A DNA stretch of 48,588 bases from Burkholderiales bacterium. GTDB taxonomy: Bacteria > Pseudomonadota > Gammaproteobacteria > Burkholderiales > JAEUOS01. The translations under genes and the position numbers were made by a program. The notes under the pieces were generated by a model. That model was not told where the DNA came from. It saw nothing but the letters and a program-made list of their open reading frames with translations, and did not search any database. The stretch's first letter is position 1. Every line of letters starts with the position of its first letter. Shown here piece by piece: positions 34,148 to 43,623 of this stretch. The stretch covers positions 1-48,588 of the forward strand of contig DATAZV010000384.1 of NCBI GenBank assembly GCA_036271855.1, in the 5' to 3' direction.

Positions 34148-34190
34148 AAAAGGGCCTGGCGCGAATGTTTTTCTAGACCCGCGAGCTTGC
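34148..34190. repeat. Dispersed intergenic repeat, copy C (partial)
   Basis: aaaagggcctggcg-cgaatgtttttct-agacccgcgagcttgcc aligns with the left two-thirds of copy B. It abuts the stop of the permease gene. Confidence 0.6.
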
Positions 34191-35093
34191 CTACTTGTGC
34201 CGCGGATCCAGCGCATCCCGCAACCCGTCCCCCAGCAAATTGAACGACAGCACCAGCAGGAAGATCGAAAGCCCCGGCCAGATCGCCATCCAGGGGGCGT
34301 TGTCGATGTAGTTTTTCGCGGTGTTGAGCATGCTGCCCCAGCTCGGCGCCGGCGGCTGCTGGCCGAGGCCGAGGAATGAGAGGCTGGCTTCGGCGATGAC
34401 GGCGGCGGCGATCGACAGGGTGGACTGGACGATCAGCGGCGGCAAAATGTTCGGCAGGATGTGGCGCAGGGCGATGCGCCAGTGCGGGTTGCCGATGGCG
34501 CGCGCGGCCTCGACGTAATCTTCCACCTTCACCGCCAGCACCTGGGCGCGGGTCAGGCGGATGAAAATCGGCGTGGCGGAGAGGCCGATGGCGACCATGG
34601 CGTTGCTCAGGCTGGGGCCGAGAAAGGCGGCCAGCGCGATGGCGAGGATCAAAAAGGGCAGCGCCAGCATGGCGTCGGTGAAGCGCGAAATCAGCGCGTC
34701 GGTCCAGCCGCCGGCATAGCCGGCGAGCAGGCCGATGGGCACGCCCAGCAGCGAAGAGATGCACACCGACACCAGCCCCGCCAGCAGCGAGGCGCGCGCG
34801 CCCCAGATGACACGCGAGAACACGTCGCGCCCCAGCTCGTCGGTGCCGAACAGGTAATGCGCCGAGGGCGCCTTGCGGATCACGCTCCAGCTCGTGGCCA
34901 ACGGGTCGTAGGGCGCCAGCCAGGGCGCGAACAGGGCCAGCAGCACGAAGCCCACCACCACCGCCAGGCCGAGCACGGCGCCACGGCGGCGCAGCAGGCG
35001 GCGCCAGGCCGGGACTGTGTGCGCCCCGGCGGAAAACCCGGCTTGCGGCTGTTCCGCCGCGACGGGGGCGATGGCGAGGTTGGCGGCGCGCAT
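34191..35093 (-). CDS. ABC peptide/nickel-type transporter permease (DppC/OppC-like)
   Basis: ATG at 35093, one nt after the upstream stop (TAGCATG). LGTDELGRDVFSRVIWGAR and the EAA-loop region YVEAARAIGNPHWRIALRHILPN. Confidence 0.9.
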   Translation of the reverse strand: MRAANLAIAPVAAEQPQAGFSAGAHTVPAWRRLLRRRGAVLGLAVVVGFVLLALFAPWLAPYDPLATSWSVIRKAPSAHYLFGTDELGRDVFSRVIWGARASLLAGLVSVCISSLLGVPIGLLAGYAGGWTDALISRFTDAMLALPFLILAIALAAFLGPSLSNAMVAIGLSATPIFIRLTRAQVLAVKVEDYVEAARAIGNPHWRIALRHILPNILPPLIVQSTLSIAAAVIAEASLSFLGLGQQPPAPSWGSMLNTAKNYIDNAPWMAIWPGLSIFLLVLSFNLLGDGLRDALDPRHK

Positions 35094-35094
35094 G

Positions 35095-36036
35095 CTAGCC
35101 ACGCATCCGTGGATTGACGACAAAGTAGGCCAGGTCCGCCAGCAGGTTGAGCAGGATGTACACCGTGGCGGTGAACAGCACCACGCCCTGCACCACCAGG
35201 TAGTCGCGGTTGAACACCGCGTCCACAATCAGCTTGCCGAAACCGGGAATCGAAAACACCTGCTCGGTCAGCACCGCGCCCGAGAGCAGGGTGCCGAACT
35301 CAAGCGCGCCCAGGGTGATGATGGGCGTGAGCGCGTTGCGCAGCGCGTGCTTGAGCACCACGCGCGGCTCGCTCAAGCCCTTGGCGCGCGCGGTGCGCAC
35401 GTAATCGGCATTCAACACCTGCAGCATGGCGCTGCGGGTGTGGCGCATCAGGATGGCGGCAATCGCATTGCCCAGCACGAAGGCCGGCATGATCATCGCG
35501 GCCAGGTTGCCGCGCAAATCCTCCCACGGGCTGATGTAGCCGGAAGCCGGCAGCCAGCCGAGCGTCACCGAGAACAGCAAAATCATCAATATGCCGAGCC
35601 AGAAATTCGGCGTCGACAAACCCCACAGGGCGAACACATTGGCCAGGTAGTCCCAGGCTGTGCCCTTGTACACCGCCGAGACAATGCCGGCGGGAATGCC
35701 GATGATGAGCGCAATGCCCATCGCCAGCAGCGCCAGTTCCAGCGTCACCGGCAGCTTCTCGGCAATCAACTGGCGCACCGGGCGCTGGATGCGCAGCGAC
35801 TCGCCGAGGTCGCCGCGCAGCACGCCCGCTATCCAGTAGCCATAGCGCACCGGCAGCGGCTCATCCAGGTGCATCTTGCGGTGCAGGTAGGCCACCACGT
35901 TGGGGTCCTGTTCCTCCCCCGCCAGCACCAGCGCCGGGTCGCCCGGCAGCAATTGCTGCAGGCAAAACACCATCATCGTCACCAGGATCAGCGTCGGGAT
36001 GACGGCGGCCAGGCGTTTGGCGAAATAGGCGGGCAT
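35095..36036 (-). CDS. ABC peptide/nickel-type transporter permease (DppB/OppB-like)
   Basis: MPAYFAKRLAAVIPTLILVTMMVFCLQQLLPGDPA... and YVRTARAKGLSEPRVVLKHALRNAL (EAA loop). Confidence 0.95.
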   Translation of the reverse strand: MPAYFAKRLAAVIPTLILVTMMVFCLQQLLPGDPALVLAGEEQDPNVVAYLHRKMHLDEPLPVRYGYWIAGVLRGDLGESLRIQRPVRQLIAEKLPVTLELALLAMGIALIIGIPAGIVSAVYKGTAWDYLANVFALWGLSTPNFWLGILMILLFSVTLGWLPASGYISPWEDLRGNLAAMIMPAFVLGNAIAAILMRHTRSAMLQVLNADYVRTARAKGLSEPRVVLKHALRNALTPIITLGALEFGTLLSGAVLTEQVFSIPGFGKLIVDAVFNRDYLVVQGVVLFTATVYILLNLLADLAYFVVNPRMRG

Positions 36037-36070
36037 GGTGGTTGGGTTACGTGAGGCGCGGCGCGCCTGC

Positions 36071-37603
36071 CTACAGCTTCAAACCCTGCACCCGGATCAG
36101 CCCGTCAGGCACCGTGCGCAGCCCCGTCAGCTTCTTGTTGTAGGCCCATAGCCAGTGGCGGTGGTACAGGTAGATGATGGGCCGCTCGCGGTTGACGTCG
36201 GCGGCGATCTGCTCGAACAGCTTGGCGCGCTGCGCCGCGTCGGGCGCGCTGCGCGATTGGTTCAGCAGCTCGTCGGTGGCGGCCTTGCAGTAGCCGGAAT
36301 AGTCCAGCGGCTGCTTGCAGCCGTGGAAGTTGAACAGGTTGCCGTCGGGGTCGGTGCGCCCGCTCCAGTTCAGCAGGTAGGCTTCGAACTGGCCTTTTTC
36401 GGCGAGGTTGAGCGTGGTGGCGAACTCGGTCGCCTGGATCTTGATGTCGAAGCCGGCTTCCTTGGCCATCGCCTGGATCACCTGCGCCAGCTTCTGGTCG
36501 CCGGAGGTGGTGGGGGTCATCATGGTGAAGCTGGGGTTGGGCACCCCGGCCTCTTTGAGCAGGGCCTTGGCGCGCGCGATGTTGCGCGCCGGCACCGGAA
36601 TGCTCTTCACGTAGAACTGGTTGGAGGGCGATACCCACTGGTTTCCCACTTCCCCCTCGCCGTCCACCGCCACCTGCACGATGCCGGCGCGGTCCAGCGA
36701 AAGCTCCAGCGCTTCGCGCACCCGCGGGTCGCGGCCCAGGGGATTTTTCTGCGCCAGGTCGCTCTTGCCGATGTTGATGGTCAGGCCCTGGTAGCCGAGT
36801 TCGGTGATGCGCGCGACGCCGATGCGGCTGTCCGACTTCAGCGCGGCAACGTCGGAAGAGGCGACGCGCTCGATCAGGTCGAGTTGCCCGGCGCGCAGGT
36901 TGGCCAGGCGCACGGTGGCGTCGCCGATCGGCAGGTAGATCACCTTGTCGAAGTGGATGGATGCCTTGTCCCAGTAGTTGGCGAAGCGCTCCAGCACGAT
37001 GCGGTCCTGCGCCACCCGCTCGGTGAACTTGAACGGCCCGGCGCACACCGGCCTGGCGCCGAAGGGCTGCGGCCCGGCCGCCGCCTTCGGCGAGACCATC
37101 ATGCCGGCGCGGTCCGACAGCACCGAGAGCAGCGGGGCGAACGGCGCGGAGAGCACCAGGCGCACGGTGAGCGGGTCCACCACCTCGACGCCGGTCACCG
37201 GCAGCAACTCGCCGCGCCGGGCCGAGCCCATCAGGTTCTTGTGGCGCTCGATGTTGAACTTGACGGCGGCGGCGTCGAACTTTTCGCCGTCGTGAAACAG
37301 CACGCCGGGGCGCAGCTTCAGGGTCAGGGCGCGGCGGTCCGCCGACCATTCATAGCCGGTGGCCAGTTGCGGCACCAGCGCCAGCTTTTCATCGATGTCG
37401 AACAGCTTGTCGCACAGCGAAGCGAACACCACGCGGCCGACGAAGCTGCGCGCCATCGTCGGGTCGAGCGCGTCGGGGTCTTCGGCCAGGCCGATGCGCA
37501 GGGTCTGCGCGCCGGCCAGCGTGGCCAGGCACAAGGCGAGGCCGGCGGTGAGTCCTTGCAGGAGCCGGCGCGCGGCCGGAACGGGGCGGGATGAACAAAG
37601 CAT
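36071..37603 (-). CDS. ABC transporter substrate-binding protein, family 5 (DppA/OppA-like)
   Basis: ATG at 37603 preceded by AGGAGA. A signal peptide is followed by LRIGLAEDPDALDP...GPFKFTERVAQDRIVLERFANYWD..., typical SBP_bac_5 blocks. The track start at 37855 is an over-extension. Confidence 0.9.
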   Translation of the reverse strand: MLCSSRPVPAARRLLQGLTAGLALCLATLAGAQTLRIGLAEDPDALDPTMARSFVGRVVFASLCDKLFDIDEKLALVPQLATGYEWSADRRALTLKLRPGVLFHDGEKFDAAAVKFNIERHKNLMGSARRGELLPVTGVEVVDPLTVRLVLSAPFAPLLSVLSDRAGMMVSPKAAAGPQPFGARPVCAGPFKFTERVAQDRIVLERFANYWDKASIHFDKVIYLPIGDATVRLANLRAGQLDLIERVASSDVAALKSDSRIGVARITELGYQGLTINIGKSDLAQKNPLGRDPRVREALELSLDRAGIVQVAVDGEGEVGNQWVSPSNQFYVKSIPVPARNIARAKALLKEAGVPNPSFTMMTPTTSGDQKLAQVIQAMAKEAGFDIKIQATEFATTLNLAEKGQFEAYLLNWSGRTDPDGNLFNFHGCKQPLDYSGYCKAATDELLNQSRSAPDAAQRAKLFEQIAADVNRERPIIYLYHRHWLWAYNKKLTGLRTVPDGLIRVQGLKL

Positions 37604-37724
37604 TGGTGAATTCTCCTGTTGGTCGCGCCACGCGCCCCGGCGTATCCGTGGGGCGCATGGCAAACAAACTAAAAAAAAGAAAAGCAAAAACAAAAAAACC
37701 GGAACACAAAACCAAAAGCAAACT

Positions 37725-38821
37725 TCAAGCCGTTGCAATGCTCCGTGGCAAAAACGCCGCCTGCAAAGCCTCCAGGCGCCGGTTGCCTGCACCTTCGGCT
37801 GCGGGTGGCGCCGCCGCCGGCGCGATCTCGCGCCAGAAGTGGCAGGCGACTTCATGGCCGTCCTCCGCTCTCAACGCCGGCACCTCATCGGCGCAGCGCT
37901 GCCGCGCATGCGGGCAGCGGGTGCGAAAGCGGCAGCCGGAGGGCGGCGCCAGCGGGTTCGGCACATCGCCCTGCAGCACCACCCGCTCGCGCACCCGCCC
38001 GGGGTCGGGCAGGGGGATGGCGGCCAGCAGCGCCTGCGTGTACGGGTGGCGCGGCTGCGCAAACAATTGTTCCTTCGGCGCCGATTCGACAATCTCGCCG
38101 AGATACATCACCGCCACCTGGGTGGCGATGTGCTTGACCACCGCCAGGTCGTGCGCGATGAACACGTAGGAGAGGCCGAGCCGGTGCTGCAAATCGAGCA
38201 GCAGGTTGATCACCTGTGCCTGGATCGACACATCCAGCGCCGACACCGCCTCGTCGCAGACGATCAGGCGCGGCTCCACCGCCAGCGCGCGCGCGATGCC
38301 GATGCGCTGGCGCTGGCCGCCGGAAAATTCGTGCGGATAGCGTTCAAGATATTGCGCGGACAAGCCCACCAGCGCCATCAGCTCGGCCGCGCGCTCGCGC
38401 TGCCGCCCCGGCGCCAGGCCGTGCAGGCGCAGCGGCTCGGTGAGGGTCTGGCGCACCGTCATGCGCGGGTTCAGCGATGAATACGGGTCCTGGAAAATGA
38501 TTTGCAGTTCGCGCCGCTTGGCGCGCAGCGCCGCCGGGGCGAGGCTCGTCAGGTCTTCACCGTCGAACCAGACCCGGCCGGCGGTCGGCTCCAGCAGGCG
38601 CAGCAGCAGGCGGCCGACAGTCGATTTGCCGCAGCCGGATTCGCCCACCAGTGCCAGGGTTTCGCCGGCGTTCAAACTCAGGTTGACGCCATCCACTGCC
38701 CGTACCACGGCGCCGGCGCGCCCGAACAGCCCGTGCTGGGTAGCGAAGTGCTTCACCAATTGCTCGGCCCGCAGCAGCGGCGCGGGCCGCTGCTGCGGGC
38801 TGGCGGCAGTGTCGGCCGGGC

Positions 38822-38825
<4 letters not shown>
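37725..38825 (-). CDS. ABC transporter ATP-binding protein (DppF/OppF-like)
   Basis: The GTG at 38825 overlaps the upstream stop (GTGA). Walker [10 protein letters not shown], signature FSGGQRQR, Walker [13 protein letters not shown], and a C-terminal oligopeptide-type Cys motif CRFRTRCP. Confidence 0.9.
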
Positions 38826-39804
<979 letters not shown>

Positions 39805-39808
<4 letters not shown>

Positions 39809-40602
39809 GCAGGCGCCGCCGGTGTGGGTGTCGCGGGCGCGGACGCGGGCGATGTCGCAGGCGTTGCGGGCGCCGATGCCTGCGCAGCCGCTGTTGCCTG
39901 GTGTGCGGCGCCGAAGGCCGCCACGTGCGCTTCGATCAGCGTGCGGTCGAACAGCCCGGCGGGGCGCTCGCGGCTGGCCAGGCATTCGACGAAGGGCTGG
40001 AAGCGCTCCAGGCTCACTGTATACAGGCGCATCAGTTCGACGATGGGCTCGGCGTGGTCGTCCACCCGCATGTCCAGCGCCGGGTAGTCCCGCCCGTTGT
40101 AGATCAGCAGCGCGGCGGCCTGCTTGCCGCGCTTGTCGCCGCCGGCCGCCTCACCCGCGGCCAGCGCCGCCAGCAGGCGCAGCGCAAACGGCTGCGCGGC
40201 GTTTGCATCATAGGCTTGCGCGGTGGCCTCGACCACCTGCGGCCCGGCCAGCATATTGCCCGCAACGGAGTAGCCCGCGCGCAGCAGGTGGCCGCTCCAG
40301 GGCACGCACTCTGCGCCGGTGTGCGCGGCGCCGCGCCCCTGCGCGTCGATCAGGTGCACTTGCCGGTGCGCGCTGCCGGCGTCGCCCGCCAGCAGTTCGG
40401 CCAGCAGCCCGGCCGGCTCGCGCCTGGCCGCCATGCCCTCCAGCGCCGGCGCCGCCAGCAAGGGGTTGAGCAGGGCCTGGGTGGAAAGCGCGCCGACCGC
40501 GCTGCGGGCGTGCGGGCACAGGGCGCCCACCGCGAAAAACCGGCTCGCGATGGCCACCCCAAAGGCGCCCGAAGCATCCCGCGCGACGATCGACCAGGTC
40601 AT
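39805..40602 (-). CDS. DUF1028-family (Ntn-hydrolase-like) protein, first gene of the peptide-transport cluster
   Basis: The N-terminal MTWSIVARDASGAFGVAIASRFFAVGALCPH... matches the MT[FW]SIVARD start I recall for DUF1028. The Ala/Pro/Thr-rich C-terminal tail overlaps the next gene's start. Confidence 0.8.
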
Positions 40603-40660
40603 ACCGCTTCCTCAAAAAAGGCAGCGCGATGCGCCGCCCCGATGTCGCTTTGCCGACCCT

Positions 40661-40748
40661 GTTTTGCAAACCCGTTTGCAAACCCGTTTGCAACCCCGCT
40701 TTGCAACCCCGCTTTGCAACCCCGCTTTGCAACTCCGCTTTGCAACTC
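40661..40748. repeat. 7-copy 12/13-bp tandem array with a TTTGCAA core
   Basis: gttttgcaaaccc gtttgcaaaccc gtttgcaacccc gctttgcaacccc gctttgcaacccc gctttgcaactcc gctttgcaactc. It lies 59-146 bp upstream of the DUF1028 start, in a 369-bp divergent intergenic region. Confidence 0.9.
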
Positions 40749-40971
40749 GCATGCCGCCCGGCGCCTGCCCCGCGCACGGCTCGCCGCGACTGCGGGTCAG
40801 TCTATCAAACCGGGGATGGTTGCGAAACCGCTGAAATGCGGAGCGCAGGCTGCCGTGCCGCATCAGCGAGAGATTTGTGGGCCGGCCGGCGCTGGCTGCC
40901 ATGATGACCGGTTCGATTCGCCGGGCGCCGGCCTGCGCAGCGCCGCCCGGCGTGGTATCTTTGACGCAAGT

Positions 40972-41901
40972 ATGAGCGACGCATCGGACGACGATCTGGA
41001 TTTTCTTGGCATGGCGGCGCGGCCCCTGGCGAGCGCACCTGCCCCCGCGGCCGCGCGCCCCGAAGAGCCCGCCGAGCCCCTGCCTTACGACCCGCAACTG
41101 GCCCTGCGCTTTTTCCAGATCGCCGGCAACCAGGAAAGCATCGCCGCCGGCGCGCGCATTTTCGCCGAAGGCGACCAGTCCGGCCTGCTGTCGAAATCGC
41201 GCGTCTACCTGCTGCTCGAAGGCGAAGTGTCGATGACCCTCGCCGGCCGGCCCCTGGCGATGATGCTGCCGGGCGAAACCTTCGGCGAGCTGGCGGTGAT
41301 CTCGGACGCGCCGCGCAGCGCCAGTGCCATCGCGCGCAAGAACAGCCGCCTGCTTTCGCTGGACCAGAAACAGTTCCTCGCCTCGCTCAAGCAGATGCCC
41401 GAATTCGCGGTGATGCTGATCAGCGTGATGGCCGATCGCCTGCGCCGCAGCGTCGAAAAGCTGCTCGCCACCGGCGCCGCGGCGGCCGCGCCCAGCGCCC
41501 GCGCGCAGGGCCTCTCGCGCGTCGACGTGGCCGAGGTCGCCCGCCTCATCGGCAAGTCCGCGCCCTCGCCGATGAAGGCCGGCGACGCCATCATCGCCAA
41601 GGGCGCGCTGGGCGCGATGATGTTCGTGCTGGTGGCCGGCCAGGTCGCCACCGCCATCGACGGCCGGGTGGTCGAAACCCTGGGCCCGGGCGCCATCTTC
41701 GGCGAGACCGCCATGCTCGGCAAGGTACGCCGCGGCGCCTCCGTCACCGCGCAGACCGACGGCGCCTGGCTGCCGCTGACGAAAAACGATTTCCTCAAGG
41801 TGGTCGCCGCCAATCCCGCCATCGGCGTCGCCCTGCTGCGCACCATGAGCGAGCGCATCCGCATGGCCGCCGAGCAGATACGCGCGCATCGGCCCGCCTA
41901 G
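40972..41901 (+). CDS. Protein with two cyclic-nucleotide-binding (cNMP/CAP effector) domains, no output domain (309 aa)
   Basis: Start at MSDASDDDLDF (ATG at 40972). Two beta-barrel motifs are GETFGELAVISDAPRSASAIA and GAIFGETAMLGKVRRGASVTA. The upstream part of the 666-aa track ORF is antisense shadow of the DUF1028 gene. Confidence 0.8.
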   Translation: MSDASDDDLDFLGMAARPLASAPAPAAARPEEPAEPLPYDPQLALRFFQIAGNQESIAAGARIFAEGDQSGLLSKSRVYLLLEGEVSMTLAGRPLAMMLPGETFGELAVISDAPRSASAIARKNSRLLSLDQKQFLASLKQMPEFAVMLISVMADRLRRSVEKLLATGAAAAAPSARAQGLSRVDVAEVARLIGKSAPSPMKAGDAIIAKGALGAMMFVLVAGQVATAIDGRVVETLGPGAIFGETAMLGKVRRGASVTAQTDGAWLPLTKNDFLKVVAANPAIGVALLRTMSERIRMAAEQIRAHRPA

Positions 41902-41966
41902 GTTAGGCGGGGCCGGCCGGCTGCGTGGTCTGGCGGCCGCTGATGGTCAACAAGCATCTTTCCCGC

Positions 41967-41991
41967 ATACGCCTCAATCAGCGAGGCGTAT
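41967..41991 (+). terminator. Hairpin ATACGCCTC-N7-GAGGCGTAT followed by TTTGT; a second weaker copy lies at about 42002-42033
   Basis: 9-bp perfect stem 66 nt after the cNMP-protein stop. The gcatacgcctcaat motif is repeated once more before the convergent tatD stop. The T-tail is short. Confidence 0.45.
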
Positions 41992-42035
41992 TTGTAGGGC
42001 ATACGCCTCAATAAGTGCAGCGTATTTTCAGGCCA

Positions 42036-42818
42036 TCAGTCGGGCAGCCCGAACAACCGCCGGCTATTCGCACTCGCCTGCGCCGCCAGCGCCGCGACGT
42101 CAATCCCCTTCAACTCCGCCACCGCCTGCGCCACAAAGGGCAGCAGCGCCGGCTCGTTATAGGGGCGCGTCTTGCCGGCGTTGCGCGGGCGCAGGTAGGG
42201 CGCGTCCGTCTCCAGGTGCAGTCGGTCAATCGGGATCACGCGCAGCGCATCGCGCAGCGCCGTGCCGCGCGTAAGGTCCGTCACCCAGCCGGTGATGCCG
42301 AGGTCCAGGCCCAGCGCGAGAAAGGCCTCCGCCTGCGCGGCGCCGTCGGTGAAGCAATGCACCACGCCATGCGCGCCCGCGCGCGTCGCCTCGCGCAGCA
42401 TCGCGTGAAAATCCTCGAAGGCGTCGCGGCAATGCAGGAACAGTGGCTTGGCCGTAGTGAGGCTCGCCTGTATCTGCGCCTCAAAGGCGCTGCGTTGCTG
42501 CTCGGCCGGCGAGAACATGCGGTTGTAGTCCAGCCCGCATTCGCCCACGGCCACGATGCGCTCCTCTGTCCACAGCGCCGCCAGCGCCTCGCCGGTGGCC
42601 GCCGTGTACTCCTTCGCGGTGTGCGGGTGCACCCCCGCCGTCGCCCACACGCGCGGGTGGCGGCGCGCGAAGTCCAGCGCCGCGTTGCTGGAGGAAAGCG
42701 AAGTCCCCGTCGCCAGGATGTGCGTGACGCCGGCGTCCGCCGCGCGCGTCAGCAGCTCCGGGCCGACGCTTTTTAGTTGCGAGGCGTGGAAGTTCACGCC
42801 GATGTCGATCAGGTTCAT
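42036..42818 (-). CDS. tatD: TatD-family metal-dependent hydrolase/DNase
   Basis: MNLIDIGVNFH..., AGVHPH, VAVGECGLDY, PLFLHCRDA, GVVHCFTG-type block (VVHCFTDG) and HLETDAPYL. Confidence 0.9.
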   Translation of the reverse strand: MNLIDIGVNFHASQLKSVGPELLTRAADAGVTHILATGTSLSSSNAALDFARRHPRVWATAGVHPHTAKEYTAATGEALAALWTEERIVAVGECGLDYNRMFSPAEQQRSAFEAQIQASLTTAKPLFLHCRDAFEDFHAMLREATRAGAHGVVHCFTDGAAQAEAFLALGLDLGITGWVTDLTRGTALRDALRVIPIDRLHLETDAPYLRPRNAGKTRPYNEPALLPFVAQAVAELKGIDVAALAAQASANSRRLFGLPD

Positions 42819-42849
42819 GCTTTTTTTGACTTCCAAAGCAAGGCTTCCG

Positions 42850-43452
42850 CTAACCACCACCACCCCCATCCCTCCCCCGCCCCCACAAATTCCACGCCAG
42901 CACCAGCACCCCGTGCATCAGCGCCGCCGCGCCGGCCACCACAATCTCGAAGGCTTTGCGCGGGTACACCTCGTCGTCGAGAAACAGCGGGTGGGAGGGC
43001 GGCGGCTCCGAGGAGTTGGCCTCGGAGAGAAAGCCGTGCGGCAGCCAGGCCACCGCGGTGGCGAGCAGGGCGGCGCCGAGCGCGATCAGGCAGAGCGCGC
43101 CGGGGATGCGAAAGCGCGGCAGGCGCGGCGCGTAGAACAGGCCCGCGCCCAGGCCCGCGCCGATCAGCCAGTGCAAATGCGGCACCGGCATGCCGAGTCC
43201 GGCGAAGCCCAGCACGCCGGCGCACAGCAGCAGCAGCACCTGCGGCGAAGTCAGCTCCTGCCATTGGCGCTGGCGGCGTTCGCCGCGCGCCTGCTCGTCG
43301 CCGGGCGGCGGCGTCGGGTTGCCCTGCGGAGTGCCCGGCGTGGCGCCGTGAGCGGGCGCATCGTCGTGCGCGTCCCCATGCCCGCCGCTGTGCCCGCCGC
43401 CGTGCCCGTCATCGGGCTTTTCGTTATGCTTGTTCGCTTCCTCGCCCTGCAT
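42850..43452 (-). CDS. Membrane protein with a His/Gly/Asp-rich N-terminus (~200 aa)
   Basis: MQGEEANKHNEKPDDGHGGGHSGGHGDAHDDAPAHG... followed by about 4 hydrophobic segments. Good G/C third-position bias. Start is ATG at 43452 or GTG at 43464. Divergent from folE. Confidence 0.5.
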   Translation of the reverse strand: MQGEEANKHNEKPDDGHGGGHSGGHGDAHDDAPAHGATPGTPQGNPTPPPGDEQARGERRQRQWQELTSPQVLLLLCAGVLGFAGLGMPVPHLHWLIGAGLGAGLFYAPRLPRFRIPGALCLIALGAALLATAVAWLPHGFLSEANSSEPPPSHPLFLDDEVYPRKAFEIVVAGAAALMHGVLVLAWNLWGRGRDGGGGG

Positions 43453-43623
43453 GTCTCGCTCCACGCGCAGCCGCCCGGGGTAATAGTCCGGATTGCGGCA
43501 AGGTTATGCGCGATATTGACCCTGGTCTTGGGATATTCTCGCACCAATGTTGTCTGACGCTAACTCCTTCCGATAAATCGAGCCCGCTTACGCCTCCCGC
43601 AAGGGCCGCAACCGAGAGACACG

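Noticed and set aside
31507-34190. Interpreting repeat copies A/B/C as integron attC sites delimiting cassettes
   Set aside because: I found no integrase or attI, the gene orientations are mixed, and I could not fold the copies into convincing R''-L''/L'-R' attC structures with GTTRRRY cores. They are kept only as a generic boundary-repeat observation.
39901-40971. N-terminal 357 aa of the 666-aa plus ORF 39901..41901, and the 425-aa minus ORF 40612..41889
   Set aside because: The upstream part is antisense to the DUF1028 gene and runs through the tandem array. The cNMP-binding protein starts plausibly at ATG 40972. The minus ORF is antisense shadow.
43465-43623. Riboswitch (THF-II/folE motif or ZTP) in the folE leader
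   Set aside because: I found no ZTP-type CCGCCTGGGC pseudoknot element, and I cannot reproduce the folE-motif consensus from memory well enough to claim a match. A covariance-model scan (Rfam) is needed.
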